A stretch of DNA of 64,000 nt from Gemmatimonadota bacterium (GCA_036475815.1 JAZGAL010000132.1:15794-79793); one strand, 5' to 3'; shown: positions 28,073 to 37,992, numbered from the stretch's first letter. The notes: generated by a model from the sequence alone, not told the origin. Made by a program: numbers and translations.

Positions 28073-30232
28073 TCAGCCAGCGGCAGTGGCGTGGCGAACC
28101 GGGGGCCCTCCCGCCTCCTCGGGCGTTGTTTCGTCGCGGTCTTCTTTCACATCGCGCCTCATCTGCTCGTCCACGACGAACACATCCGCCAGGCTGGCCA
28201 GTTCCCACGCGGACGTGTTCAGTGCGTTGACCGCGGATGCGATCTCTTCGGTGGATGCGTTCTGCTCCTCCATCCCCGCCGCCAGCTCTTCCATCGCGGC
28301 GGCGAAGTCCGTGAAGCCGGACACCACCGAACTGAGCCGTTCCGCAGTGGCCCGCAGGCTGCTGTCCACATCGGCACTGACCTCGGCGACCCGGTCCCCC
28401 CAACCCTCGGCCTCGCCCATGGCCCGGGTGACCCGGTCGAAGCTCTCGTCCAGCGACTGCACCACGGAGTCGATAGCGTGGGTGGTCTCGCGCGTATCCT
28501 CGATCGCCTGGCGCGCTGTCTCGATCTGGCCCAGAACCGCCTCGGTGGTTTCCTGCGCACGATCCGCGGCCTCGCCCGCCTGGTTCGCAAGCTTCCGAAT
28601 CTCTTCCGCCAGCACCGCGAACCCGCGGGCCTCCCCGCCCGCCCGCGCCGCTTCGATGGCCGCGTTCAGCGCGAGCAGGTTCGTACGACGGGCGAACTGC
28701 TTGATGAGATCCACAAACTCGCTGAATTGCCTCGACGCGTTCATGAACTCCAGGAGCCGCGAGGTGGCCAGGTCCGATCGCTCCGCCATCTGTGCGACCT
28801 GGGCGTGGCCTTCGCGCAATCGCTCTCGGCTCTTCTCCGCGATGCTGCGAAGCTGCCGGCTGCGCTCGGTGGCCGTCTCCGCCCCATTGGCCAGGTCGCG
28901 AGCGGCCGCCGCCACCGCTTCCATCCGCCGGTTGATCTCCTGAATGGTGTCGGATTGAGTCGAAGCGTCCTCTGTCAGGCGCGAGAGAGTTCCCGTCATC
29001 TCCTGGGCGCCCGACGAAAGCTGCTCGACAGCGCCCGCGATTTCCTGGCTGCGCGACTGGGTGTGGTAGCTCGCCTCCCGGATCGATCCCACCAACTCCT
29101 TCAGCCTGTCGATCATATGCTGCACGGCAACGCAGAGCTTGACGACCTCGCCTTTCCCCACTTTCTCGACGCTGACCCGAAGATCACCGTCGCCAACCTT
29201 GTTGGCGGCTTCCGCGACCATCTTGATCGGCTTGCCGATCTCACGCGAAATCCAGCTGCCCGCGATCAGAACACCGATGAGCGCGGTGAGGAGCGCGACT
29301 CCCACGAAGTACCCGATCGCGCGGCGCGCTGCGTGCAGCAGACCATAAGCCTGCTCCTCGGGAACCCAGTAGACGACCTTCCACCGTCCGTCGAGCGCAG
29401 GCCTCACCATCCCGGCGATCGCCACGCCGTCGGGGCTCCGGGACCTGATCAGCCGTCCTTCCAGCAGCGCGCCCGGATCCGGATAGGGCTCGAGCAGGTG
29501 CTCTTCCTTGGGATCGCCGATGAGCAGCCCTCGTTGGTCGATCAGCTGCACATAGCCCCAACCTTGAGCCAGGTCAGCGAGCGAGCGCTGTAACCGCTGG
29601 AGCGGGATGACCGCCTTCAACACACCGACCGTACCCTCATCCCCCTGCACCGGCACGGCGATGGACAGGGTGATCGCGCCGACCGATTCGTCCGTCCCCA
29701 CCTCGGGGGGGCCGCCGCGCCCGGCGAATGCGTCCATCCACCACTTCTCATCCCGCTGCACGAAGTCGGACGTCAGACCGCTGCCGGCGACCACAAGCCC
29801 GTCGCGGTCGGTCACGAACAGCTCAGCGAACGTAGAGCGGCTTACGACACTCCCGAGATAGCGATCGGCGGCCGGGCTGGCCTGCAAAGAGCGCGTGTCC
29901 GAGAATCGTTGCTCCAACTCGCCAATCGAGAGACGATCCAGTCCGCTTCGGCGCGCGACGCCGGAACCCCGAACCGCGGCATCGATCACCGCGGGGGACA
30001 TGGCCAGCAACTCTGCTTCAGTGATCGCGCTCTCGATGGCGCCTTCAATCACCGACACGGCCGACCCGCTTCGTTCGGCCAACTGGCGCTCGACCGTCGG
30101 CTCTACGAGCTGTTCCGCCGAACCCCAGGCCAGCGCGGCGAACACGAAGATGACGATGACGAGTACGCCACCGACGAAGGCGAAGAGAAGGCGGCGGAGA
30201 TCAACAGCCTTCCAATTGGCAAACACGGCCAC
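28073..30232 (-). CDS. methyl-accepting chemotaxis protein (periplasmic Cache-like sensor, HAMP, MCP signalling domain)
   Basis: Highly conserved MCP hairpin tip [39 protein letters not shown]. Two TM segments flank a roughly 270-aa periplasmic domain. 719 aa. Confidence 0.9.
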   Translation of the reverse strand: MAVFANWKAVDLRRLLFAFVGGVLVIVIFVFAALAWGSAEQLVEPTVERQLAERSGSAVSVIEGAIESAITEAELLAMSPAVIDAAVRGSGVARRSGLDRLSIGELEQRFSDTRSLQASPAADRYLGSVVSRSTFAELFVTDRDGLVVAGSGLTSDFVQRDEKWWMDAFAGRGGPPEVGTDESVGAITLSIAVPVQGDEGTVGVLKAVIPLQRLQRSLADLAQGWGYVQLIDQRGLLIGDPKEEHLLEPYPDPGALLEGRLIRSRSPDGVAIAGMVRPALDGRWKVVYWVPEEQAYGLLHAARRAIGYFVGVALLTALIGVLIAGSWISREIGKPIKMVAEAANKVGDGDLRVSVEKVGKGEVVKLCVAVQHMIDRLKELVGSIREASYHTQSRSQEIAGAVEQLSSGAQEMTGTLSRLTEDASTQSDTIQEINRRMEAVAAAARDLANGAETATERSRQLRSIAEKSRERLREGHAQVAQMAERSDLATSRLLEFMNASRQFSEFVDLIKQFARRTNLLALNAAIEAARAGGEARGFAVLAEEIRKLANQAGEAADRAQETTEAVLGQIETARQAIEDTRETTHAIDSVVQSLDESFDRVTRAMGEAEGWGDRVAEVSADVDSSLRATAERLSSVVSGFTDFAAAMEELAAGMEEQNASTEEIASAVNALNTSAWELASLADVFVVDEQMRRDVKEDRDETTPEEAGGPPVRHATAAG

Positions 30233-30327
30233 TGCTACCTCCGGATGTAGCTGAATCGCAGGCCGGTCAGTACGGATGGGGGAGTAGGTAAGAACTACGC
30301 TGACAACAACTTGGCTTATCAGCAGCG

Positions 30328-31809
30328 CTACGTCAAGTCAATGCCCAGTTTCGGCCATATCTTATCGACCCTCCGCCTTGTCTCCGGATCCATCACGATC
30401 TTGTCCGGCCATTCACGCGTATAGCCCTCCTCCGGCCACTTACGGGTCGCGTCGATCCCCATCTTGCTGCCATAGCTGAAGGCCCGCGAGGAGTGGTCGA
30501 GCACATCGATGGGCCCCATGCTGAATCGGACATCGCGTTCCGGATCGATGTTGTTGAGCGTCACCCACCACGCCTCCTGAACATCACGCACGTTGGTGTC
30601 TTTGTCGACAACCACTATCACCTTGGCCAGCGCCATGAGCCCTTGACCCCAGAGGCCGTTGATCACCTTCCAGGCCTGGCCGGGATACTGCTTGTCGATG
30701 CCGACGAACACCAGGTTGTGAAAGATACCCTCGGCCGGCATGTGGTAGTCGACGACCTCAGGCATCGTCAGCCGCAGTAGCGGCAGGAAGATCCGCTCCG
30801 TGGCGTGGCCCAGGTAGTAATCCTCCATCGGCGGCCGGCCCACTATCGTCGCCGGATAGACCGCTCCCTTGCGATACGTGACCGCCTCCACATGCACGCA
30901 CGGATAATAGTCGGCCAGCGAGTAGAAGCCCGTGTGATCGCCGAACGGCCCCTCCAAAACCAGGTCCTCCGCGGGATCGATGTAACCCTCGATGACGATC
31001 TCGGCCTCAGCAGGCACTGGAAGGTCGCCGCTGACCGCGCGCGCAAGCCGCACCGGGGTCGACCGCAGGAAGCCGGCGAAGAGAAACTCGTCCACCTGCG
31101 GCGGCAATGGTGCGCTGCCGGCATACAGCGTCGCCGGATCGGCACCCAGCGCGATGACCACCGGCATCCGCTCGCCCCGCTCGGCCATCTCACGCCAGTG
31201 TGCAGCGCCGACCTTGTGCCGCTGCCAGTGCATCGCCATGCGCCGGCCGTCCAGAACCTGGATGCGATAGATACCGGCGTTCAGTACTCCGGTGGCGGGG
31301 TGCCGGGTGATCACCAGCGGCAGCGTGACGTAGGAGCCGCCGTCCTGAGGCCAGCATTTCAGGTGAGGGATGCGCGTGATATCGGCTTCTTCTCCTCTCA
31401 ACACCACCTGCTGGCACGGAGGCTGGCCCCGGACAGAGCGGGGCGGATACTTCGCCAGCTCCGCCAGTTTCGGCAGCATGGCGATCTTGCCCACCAGGCT
31501 CTCCGGCACTTCCATCTTCAGCATCCGGTCAATCCGACCGGCGATCTCATCCAGATCCTCCACCCCCAAAGCTCTCGCCATGCGCCGGAGGCTGCCGAAC
31601 AGATTGATCGCCACGGGAAACTCGCTCTTGCTCCCATCAAGCAGGCGCACGTTCTCGAACAGCAATGCCGGGCCACCGCCAGGGCTCTTCATGCACCGGT
31701 CCGCGATCTCCGTGATCTCGCGATCCACCGAGACCGGCTCGCTAACACGGACCAGCTCGCCCAGCCGGTCGAGATCCTCGATGAATTCCTGCAGATTCGT
31801 GTAGGCCAT
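30328..31809 (-). CDS. ubiD: UbiD-family (prenyl-FMN dependent) aromatic acid decarboxylase
   Basis: [23 protein letters not shown]-terminus and length (493 aa) typical of UbiD/MqnL. Confidence 0.9.
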   Translation of the reverse strand: MAYTNLQEFIEDLDRLGELVRVSEPVSVDREITEIADRCMKSPGGGPALLFENVRLLDGSKSEFPVAINLFGSLRRMARALGVEDLDEIAGRIDRMLKMEVPESLVGKIAMLPKLAELAKYPPRSVRGQPPCQQVVLRGEEADITRIPHLKCWPQDGGSYVTLPLVITRHPATGVLNAGIYRIQVLDGRRMAMHWQRHKVGAAHWREMAERGERMPVVIALGADPATLYAGSAPLPPQVDEFLFAGFLRSTPVRLARAVSGDLPVPAEAEIVIEGYIDPAEDLVLEGPFGDHTGFYSLADYYPCVHVEAVTYRKGAVYPATIVGRPPMEDYYLGHATERIFLPLLRLTMPEVVDYHMPAEGIFHNLVFVGIDKQYPGQAWKVINGLWGQGLMALAKVIVVVDKDTNVRDVQEAWWVTLNNIDPERDVRFSMGPIDVLDHSSRAFSYGSKMGIDATRKWPEEGYTREWPDKIVMDPETRRRVDKIWPKLGIDLT

Positions 31810-31901
31810 TCGATCGCTACCGGTCTGTCGGTTAGGATGTCAAGAGTACGAGTGCGAGTAAGAGGTGAGAAGTATACCGGTCACCGCTTACGGCTTACCG
31901 C

Positions 31902-32687
31902 CTACGCCTTACCATTCCCTGGACAGCGATCACCGACCGCCCCCACCTCCGCCCCCCACCACAGGCAAGCGGTCCCGCCGGTCATCGTGCGCCATCCAAC
32001 CTCAACATACCCTGCGGCCGTCAGTCGCGCCCCCAGCTGAGCGGGGCCGGCAAAGCTCTGCACCGACTCTGGAAGGTAGTTGTAAGCGAAGCTATGTTTT
32101 GAGATTAACCGCCCGATGAAGGGGAGCAACCGGGTGAAATAGAAGCGGTAGACCGACCGGAAGAGGCGTCCTGCCGGCATGGCGAAGTCTAGGATCACCA
32201 GCCGGGCGCCGGGGCGGAGAACCCGCTTCAGCTCGAGGAGGCCGGCGTCGATGTCCGTCAGATTGCGCACACCGAAGGCCACCATGGCGCCGTCGAAGCT
32301 GTCCGAGGCGAGCGGTGTCACGAGCGCGTCTCCACAGGCCGGGGCGACCGGGTAAGCTTCGATTTTCGGTATCCCGGCCTGCAGCATCGGCTTCGAGAAG
32401 TCGACCGCGACGATGCGTCCGCCGAAACCCGGTCGCCGGGCGAGTTCGAGCGCCAGATCGTATGTCCCGGTACAGACGTCCAGGTAGAGACCGTCCGGCC
32501 GGGACTCCCAGCCCAAGCGACTCACGGCGCGGCGGCGCCACGACCGATCGATGTTGAGGCTGAGGAGATGGTTGAGGAAATCATAGCGCGGCGCGATCGC
32601 CGAGAACATCTCTCGAACCGCCCGACCGCGGTCACCTGCCGAGCCGAGCTCCAGAGGAGAAGGAGGTTGCGTTTGGGAGGTGGTCAT
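31902..32687 (-). CDS. ubiE: demethylmenaquinone / ubiquinone C-methyltransferase (UbiE/MenG family)
   Basis: FSAIAPRYDFLNHLLSLNIDRSWRR, LDVCTGTYDLA and AVDFS motifs of UbiE/MenG. Confidence 0.88.
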   Translation of the reverse strand: MTTSQTQPPSPLELGSAGDRGRAVREMFSAIAPRYDFLNHLLSLNIDRSWRRRAVSRLGWESRPDGLYLDVCTGTYDLALELARRPGFGGRIVAVDFSKPMLQAGIPKIEAYPVAPACGDALVTPLASDSFDGAMVAFGVRNLTDIDAGLLELKRVLRPGARLVILDFAMPAGRLFRSVYRFYFTRLLPFIGRLISKHSFAYNYLPESVQSFAGPAQLGARLTAAGYVEVGWRTMTGGTACLWWGAEVGAVGDRCPGNGKA

Positions 32688-32731
32688 GATCGGCGGCGAA
32701 CTTACGGGAGCGAGAGGTCGCGGGCAACCCG

Positions 32732-33388
32732 GTGAAACGGGAGCGCTTACCCAACCGTAAGGCGAGCCGGCCCGATAGCTCCCTGCAACTGGGGCCCGGC
32801 GAGCAAGTCGATGACCAGGAGCTTGTCGCGCGCGCCCTAGAGGGCGACGAATCGGCCTACCGCGAGTTGCTCGAGCGCTTCCGACGACCTGTGTTCTCCA
32901 TCATATACCGGATGATCGGCGATCGGGAACAGGCCGAGGACCTGGCTCAGGAGTCCTTTGTCAAAGCCTTCAACAACCTCGACAGCTACAAACCGAACTA
33001 CAGGTTCTCTTCCTGGCTGTTCAAGATCGCCAACAACCACGCCATCGACTACCTCAGGCGCGCGCGGCTGGCGACGGTCTCCATCCACGGCTCGCCCCAC
33101 GCAACGGACGCGGAGCGGATGGAAGAGACCCGGATAGTGCTCGAGGCCCCCGACGAGTCGCCCGAGCAGGAGTTCCTCGCCCTGGAACTGGGGGCCGAGA
33201 TAGAGGACGCGATCGCGCGGCTGAGGCCCGATTACCGGGTGGCCGTGATCCTGCGCCATATCGAGAACCGGCCCTACGAGGAGATCGCCGAGATCATGGA
33301 GGTCCCGATCGGCACGGTGAAGACTTATCTGCACCGGGCCCGGGCGGCGCTGCGGGAGGTGCTCTCCCACCTGCGAGAGGAGCTTTGA
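32732..33388 (+). CDS. ECF-subfamily RNA polymerase sigma-70 factor
   Basis: Sigma-70 region 2 (YRMIGDREQAEDLAQESFVKAF, NNHAIDYLRR) and region 4 (EIAEIMEVPIGTVKTYLHRAR). GTG start. Confidence 0.85.
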   Translation: MKRERLPNRKASRPDSSLQLGPGEQVDDQELVARALEGDESAYRELLERFRRPVFSIIYRMIGDREQAEDLAQESFVKAFNNLDSYKPNYRFSSWLFKIANNHAIDYLRRARLATVSIHGSPHATDAERMEETRIVLEAPDESPEQEFLALELGAEIEDAIARLRPDYRVAVILRHIENRPYEEIAEIMEVPIGTVKTYLHRARAALREVLSHLREEL

Positions 33389-33457
33389 CGAACCCGCCGG
33401 CAGGGCTGAAACCTGGGAGAAAGTCTCCTCGTAAAGGGATACAGCGGGCAGGTAGAA

Positions 33458-34078
33458 ATGAAAAACTGGACTAATAACGGACATCCCTCCGAGCAGGCTC
33501 TGGAGGCGTGGGCGGCTAGTGAGGCCGAGGCCCATGAGCTCCAGACGATCGGCAGCCACATTCAGGCTTGCCCGGCCTGCCGGGCCCAAGCGACTGAGTG
33601 GCGAGGGCTGTTTCTTGCCCTTTCCTCCCTCCAGGGCCTGGAGCCGTCCACCTCCTTCGATGACAGGGTGATGGAGCGGGTGCGGGTGCCGACGGAAGCT
33701 CAGCCGGCCGTTTCAGCCTGGGCGCACAGGGTGGCGCTTGGAGCGCCTCGCATCGCCGCGGGCGTGATAGGCGCGTGGACGATAGGCCTGGTGGGTGCAG
33801 CCGCTTGGCTGCAGAACAGGATGGATGTACCGCCGGCCGCGCTGCTCGCTCGCTTCCTCGGCGGCGTGGAGGAACTGCTCGTATCAGCAGCGATCAGAGT
33901 GGCGGCCTTTCTGCACCTCAGTGGGTTCGTTGGTCTCTGGACAAGCGTAACAGATACAGTGCCGGGCGTCGGCCTGGCGGTCGCTGTAACTCTCATGGCC
34001 GTGATGTCCGGCCTCGCGATCTGGACGCTGCATCGAGTGATCGGCTATCAACCTCCACGGGTGGACGTACATGCTTAA
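33458..34078 (+). CDS. putative zinc-finger (ZAS-type) anti-sigma factor, single TM
   Basis: HIQACPAC (H-x3-C-x2-C) motif near the N-terminus followed by hydrophobic TM segments. Immediately downstream of the ECF sigma. Confidence 0.65.
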   Translation: MKNWTNNGHPSEQALEAWAASEAEAHELQTIGSHIQACPACRAQATEWRGLFLALSSLQGLEPSTSFDDRVMERVRVPTEAQPAVSAWAHRVALGAPRIAAGVIGAWTIGLVGAAAWLQNRMDVPPAALLARFLGGVEELLVSAAIRVAAFLHLSGFVGLWTSVTDTVPGVGLAVAVTLMAVMSGLAIWTLHRVIGYQPPRVDVHA

Positions 34079-35663
34079 GGACACGCTCTTTGCCGTTCTC
34101 GTGCTAATCATCGGATTAGTCCCGTCGCCTCTGCCCGGCCAGACGGCGCAGGCGAGGGACGAGATCCTCCAGACGGCCGTTGTGCTGAGCGGGGACGAGG
34201 CGACCCTCGACCTCGAGCTGGCTAGCGGCCGCTCTCTGCAGATCCGCTTCTCGAACGGGATCGTGTATGTCGGCGGCAGCGAGGCGGGCCGCTACGAGCC
34301 CGGCGGCACGCTGGAGTCGGCCTGGCGTGCCTTCCTGCGTAGCACCTCCGAAGGCGAGTTCAACGGTGCGCTTGCGGGTCTTGCCGGCGCCGCCGCCGAG
34401 CTGGAGGCCGACGAGGCTGCTGTCGCGGTGATCGCTGAGGCGCTAGCGCCCTTCCTAGCGGAGGTCTCATCCGAGGTGGCTGACGCCATAGCGGAAGCTG
34501 CCGCAGCATCGGCAGCGGCTGCAGCCGCCTACGCTGCTTCGGCCCAGCTGGAAGGCCTGGAAGAGATCGTGGAAGGCGGGTTGGTGGTAGAGCTCGCCGA
34601 GCTCGACGGCCTGGCACGGTCGTTAGGCCGGATCGGCCTGACCTCGGAGCTGGAGCACTTGCTGAGCACGGATCTCGACGGACCGGTGCGCATCGTGATC
34701 GAGGCGGACGACTACCTGCTGCCTGCGGGGGCTGAGCTGGGTGCGACCCTGATCCTAGTGGAGACCGATGCCGTAGTGGCCGGCAAGATAGCCGGTGACG
34801 TGCTCGTGGCTGACGGCAACCTACTCATCACGCCCTCCGGAATGATCGAGGGTGATGTGATCGGCGTTGACGCCAACGTACGCAACCAGGGCACGATCGT
34901 GGGCGATCTGCGATCGGTTGAAGGGTTCGCGCCAATCGTAGTAGCGCCATCGGCTCGGCGCGTCCGAATCCGTGGCGAAGCCCCGACGGCGCTGAGCAGC
35001 TTGTGGAGCGGATTGGGATCGCTGGCGAAGACGATCGCCATGTATCTGCTCTTCGGGTTCCTGGGCGCTCTGATAGTCTATTTCTTCCGTAACAACCTGG
35101 AGACCGTGAGCGACACGGTATCACTCAGCTTTGGACGGTCGTTTCTGACCGGGCTCGCCGCCGAGGTTCTGTTCCTGCCTATCGGGCTGGTGATGATGAT
35201 ACTGATCGTCACCGCCATCGCGGTTCCGTTCTATGCGCTCGCCTTCGCCCTGCTGGGCCTGCTCGGGTACATGGGAGTGGCCCATGCGGCCGGTGAGAAC
35301 CTGACGCGACGCCGCTTCTCGTGGTCGGCCCGGATGCGGCGGTCGAACTCCTATTACTACGTGTTGAACGGGCTCGGCGTGCTCCTCGCCCTCTTCGTCG
35401 GCGCCTCCATCACCGAGATGGCGTATCCGCTGCTCGGCTGGGCGCACGACCTGCTGATCGCGTCAGCGTGGATCCTCACCTGGATCGCGGCCACCTCCGG
35501 CCTGGGTGCGGCGTTGCTCTCGCGAGCTGGCACGCAACTCACATACGCGCGGCCGCGCGAGCTCCCGGCGCTACCCATCGACACGCTTGTCGGGGAGATG
35601 GAGCCGATCGAGGCAAGAGCCGGGGCCCGGCGCCGCACCGAGGAGGGGGCAGGGGGCCAATGA
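34071..35663 (+). CDS. membrane protein: signal peptide, Ala-rich coiled region, bactofilin-like beta-helical repeats, C-terminal multi-TM domain
   Basis: Repeats IEADDYLLPAGAELGATLILVETDAVVAGKIAGDVLVADGNLLITPSGMIEGDVIGVDANV resemble bactofilin/DUF583 windings. At least 5 hydrophobic helices in the last 200 aa. 8-nt overlap with the anti-sigma gene. Confidence 0.55.
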   Translation: MLKDTLFAVLVLIIGLVPSPLPGQTAQARDEILQTAVVLSGDEATLDLELASGRSLQIRFSNGIVYVGGSEAGRYEPGGTLESAWRAFLRSTSEGEFNGALAGLAGAAAELEADEAAVAVIAEALAPFLAEVSSEVADAIAEAAAASAAAAAAYAASAQLEGLEEIVEGGLVVELAELDGLARSLGRIGLTSELEHLLSTDLDGPVRIVIEADDYLLPAGAELGATLILVETDAVVAGKIAGDVLVADGNLLITPSGMIEGDVIGVDANVRNQGTIVGDLRSVEGFAPIVVAPSARRVRIRGEAPTALSSLWSGLGSLAKTIAMYLLFGFLGALIVYFFRNNLETVSDTVSLSFGRSFLTGLAAEVLFLPIGLVMMILIVTAIAVPFYALAFALLGLLGYMGVAHAAGENLTRRRFSWSARMRRSNSYYYVLNGLGVLLALFVGASITEMAYPLLGWAHDLLIASAWILTWIAATSGLGAALLSRAGTQLTYARPRELPALPIDTLVGEMEPIEARAGARRRTEEGAGGQ

Positions 35664-36529
35664 GATCTAAGGCCCTCGTCGCGCTGGCCGCCCTGCTGGC
35701 GCTCGTGGCCGGCTCGGTGGCGCCAGCGGCGGCACAGAGTTGGAAGACCGTTTCCAAGTCTCGCCAGCTGCGGGGCCAGGAGTTTCTCGACGTAGAGGTC
35801 AACTACGCGGTGGGCCGCTTCGAGTTGAGAAAGGGGCCCGATCAGCAGCTCTACCGGGTTGTCTCGAAGTACGACGAGGACGCGTTCGAGCTCAGCAGTA
35901 GCTACCTCGAGTCGGACGGGCGCGGCAGCCTACGCATCGACATCGACGGCCATGATGATTTCGATTTCAGCGATAGCAAGGACTACGACTTCGAGGCCGG
36001 CCACCTGCGATTGGAACTGACCGGCGCGACGCCGACGGTTCTGAGCATGAAGTTCGCGGCCGTCGAGGCGAGGCTCGATCTGGGCGGACTCAGGTTGCGG
36101 GAGCTCACCCTGGAGACGGGAGCCAGCGACACTCACGTCCGGTTCAGCGAGCCGAACCAGGACGTGGCAGAACACTGCACCTTCAAGGCTGGTGCGGCAG
36201 TCCTCAAAGTGGAGGAGTTGGGCAACTCAGGCTGCCGGAAGATCAACGTATCCGGCGGCGTGGGAAAGCTGGCCCTCGATTTCTCCGGCGAGTGGGATCA
36301 CGATGCGACGGGGGACATCAACGTGGGGCTGGGCACCATCGAGATCACCGTGCCCGCCGAGCTCGGCGTACGCATCGACCGCAGCACGTTCCTCATGTCG
36401 TTCGACGCTCCGGGCTTCGAGAAACAGAACGGCGGCGTCTGGCTGAGCCGCAACTGGGATACGGCCAGGTGGCACCTGACACTTTCGGTAAGCGGCGCGC
36501 TGGGCGGGATCACGGTCGCCCGGCTCTGA
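35660..36529 (+). CDS. secreted beta-strand-repeat protein, toastrack-like (DUF4097/DUF2154-like)
   Basis: Signal peptide MRSKALVALAALLALVAGSVAPAAAQ. Periodic LxLxLxG / VxLxV strands (LRLELTGATPTVLSMKFAAVEARLDLGGLRLRELTLETGAS...). ATGA overlap with the upstream gene. Confidence 0.5.
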   Translation: MRSKALVALAALLALVAGSVAPAAAQSWKTVSKSRQLRGQEFLDVEVNYAVGRFELRKGPDQQLYRVVSKYDEDAFELSSSYLESDGRGSLRIDIDGHDDFDFSDSKDYDFEAGHLRLELTGATPTVLSMKFAAVEARLDLGGLRLRELTLETGASDTHVRFSEPNQDVAEHCTFKAGAAVLKVEELGNSGCRKINVSGGVGKLALDFSGEWDHDATGDINVGLGTIEITVPAELGVRIDRSTFLMSFDAPGFEKQNGGVWLSRNWDTARWHLTLSVSGALGGITVARL

Positions 36530-36551
36530 CGGAAACCGCCCCCGCGATCCC

Positions 36552-36579
36552 GGGGCCGCCGCGTACGGCCCCTATTCTT
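36552..36579 (+). terminator. intrinsic-terminator-like hairpin (7-bp GC stem ggggccg/cggcccc, 7-nt loop, then tattctt) between convergent genes
   Basis: Read directly in the 79-nt convergent gap between the toastrack gene stop (36529) and the mrp stop (36609). Confidence 0.4.
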
Positions 36580-36608
36580 GGGCGCCCTTCGAACTTCTGG
36601 CAGGGATT

Positions 36609-37538
36609 CTAGGCCCCCGCAGGTTCCGTCGCTGTCTCGAGAGCAGCGACGATGCTGTCGGCCAGCTTCATGAAAGCCGCGCCTTCCGGCGACTCGGGCT
36701 CCGCCACAACGGTGGGGCACCCAGCATCGCCGGCGGCGGTCACAGCCTCGCCCAGCGGCACCTGGCCCAGGAAGGGCACGCCGGTGATCGCAGCGAGCTT
36801 CTCCCCTCCCCCGCGGCCGAAGACCGCGGTCTGCTCACCGCAGTGCGGGCAGACGAAACCGCTCATGTTCTCGATCAGCCCGAGAACCGGCACGTCTACG
36901 CGCTCAAACATCTTGATCCCCTTGAGCACATCGCCAACCGCCACACCCTGGGGTGTCGTCACCATCAAAGCCCCGTCCACCTTGGCCAACTGCACCAGTG
37001 AGAGCTGGGCATCGCCCGTGCCCGGGGGCATGTCTACAAGCAGGTAATCGAGCTCGCCCCAGTCCACTTGCTGCAGGAACTGACGGATGATCCCCATCAC
37101 GATCGGACCACGCCAGATCGCCGGCGTATCGTCATCGATCAGGAAGCCGACGCTCATGATCTTGACACCGTAAGCCTCGAGCGGAACCACGCGCTCATCC
37201 GGCGTCACACGGGGCCTGGCATGAACGCCGAACATGATGGGTATGTCGGGGCCGTACACGTCGGCGTCCAGAAGCCCGACCTTATGCCCTCGACTTGCCA
37301 GCGCGACCGCCAGGTTGGTGGCAACGGTCGATTTCCCCACACCCCCTTTGCCAGAGCTGACGGCAATCACCCGTCGCACGCCTGGCACCGCTTCCGGCTC
37401 CGGTGGGCTGCTGGGGGCAGGCCCGGGTGGCGGCCCTGGCCGACCGGCCCCTGCGTCTCCGCTCGGACCCATCACCGGCAACGTTCGCCGGCTACGCTGC
37501 CGGCTCTCACCCGCGGTTCGATCGCGCTCGTTCGCCAT
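36609..37538 (-). CDS. apbC: Mrp/ApbC/NBP35-family Fe-S cluster carrier ATPase
   Basis: VIAVSSGKGGVGKSTVATNLAVALA deviant Walker A, CxxC (CPHCGEQ). Pro-rich roughly 55-aa N-terminal extension. ATG 37538 has a GAGAG Shine-Dalgarno 7 nt upstream. Internal Met at 37472 is an alternative start. Confidence 0.9.
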   Translation of the reverse strand: MANERDRTAGESRQRSRRTLPVMGPSGDAGAGRPGPPPGPAPSSPPEPEAVPGVRRVIAVSSGKGGVGKSTVATNLAVALASRGHKVGLLDADVYGPDIPIMFGVHARPRVTPDERVVPLEAYGVKIMSVGFLIDDDTPAIWRGPIVMGIIRQFLQQVDWGELDYLLVDMPPGTGDAQLSLVQLAKVDGALMVTTPQGVAVGDVLKGIKMFERVDVPVLGLIENMSGFVCPHCGEQTAVFGRGGGEKLAAITGVPFLGQVPLGEAVTAAGDAGCPTVVAEPESPEGAAFMKLADSIVAALETATEPAGA

Positions 37539-37540
37539 CT

Positions 37541-37600
37541 ATAGATCTCTCTGTTATGGATCTCTCCGTTATGGATCTCTCCGTTATGGATCTCTCCGTT
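37541..37600. repeat. 15-bp direct tandem repeat x4 (atggatctctccgtt; first copy degenerate atagatctctctgtt), AT-rich for this genome
   Basis: Read directly. Three perfect copies plus one 2-mismatch copy, starting 3 nt upstream of the mrp ATG. On the mrp strand each unit reads AACGGAGAGATCCAT (contains GGAGAG). Confidence 0.85.
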
Positions 37601-37686
37601 GCATCGGTCCGCCTGGACGGTTCCATGGGTACAAAAAACCGGCACAGGAGCGCCCATGCCGGCACAAAGGCGGTGTCAACTACTAC

Positions 37687-37926
37687 TCAGATCGCTACGA
37701 CCAACTTGACTTCAGGCAGCGCGGTTCGCAGCCGGTGCTCGATGCCACCCTTCAGTGTGAGAAGCGAGTGCGGGCAGCTGTGACAGGCACCCACGAGGCG
37801 CAGCTCCACCCGGCCCTCTTCCGGGTCGAAGCTCACCAACTCGACGTCACCCCCGTCCGCCCTGACGGCCGGACGGATTTCCTCAATGACCGCCTCGATT
37901 CTGTCCTGCATCGTTCCCACCGACAT
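37687..37926 (-). CDS. nfuA: NifU-like (Nfu-type) Fe-S cluster scaffold/carrier domain protein
   Basis: 79 aa. VACHSCPHS CxxC motif and the IRPAVRADGGDVELV pattern of the NifU C-terminal domain. Confidence 0.85.
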   Translation of the reverse strand: MSVGTMQDRIEAVIEEIRPAVRADGGDVELVSFDPEEGRVELRLVGACHSCPHSLLTLKGGIEHRLRTALPEVKLVVAI

Positions 37927-37963
37927 GCCATCCTCCGCCGCACAATGCCCTGATCACACCGTA

Positions 37964-37992
37964 TCGCGACCTCAAATCTACAGACGACACCA
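37964..37992 (-). promoter_or_regulatory. candidate sigma-70-type promoter for nfu-mrp: TTGACC - 17 nt - TAGATT on the minus strand
   Basis: Read on the reverse complement about 40-65 nt upstream of the nfu ATG. Consensus-like -35 with 17-nt spacer and TAnnnT -10. Confidence 0.35.

Noticed and set aside
31810-31901. Imperfect short repeats cttacggc/ttaccgcc/tacgcctt between ubiD and ubiE
   Set aside because: Too degenerate and short to call a repeat element. Likely chance in a promoter region.
35641-35700. Printed sequence line labelled 35641 appears to contain 58 nt, and the ORF-track proteins around 35650 require an extra 'ag'
   Set aside because: This may be a display artefact, not biology. 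Coordinates were anchored to the ORF track. It may shift hand-counted positions near 35.6 kb by 2 nt.
37403-37783. 126-aa ORF containing (MDLSV)x4 encoded by the 15-bp tandem repeat
   Set aside because: It overlaps the nfu gene on the opposite strand and the repeat sits just outside the mrp start. The repeat is more plausibly a non-coding element, and no domain is recognisable.
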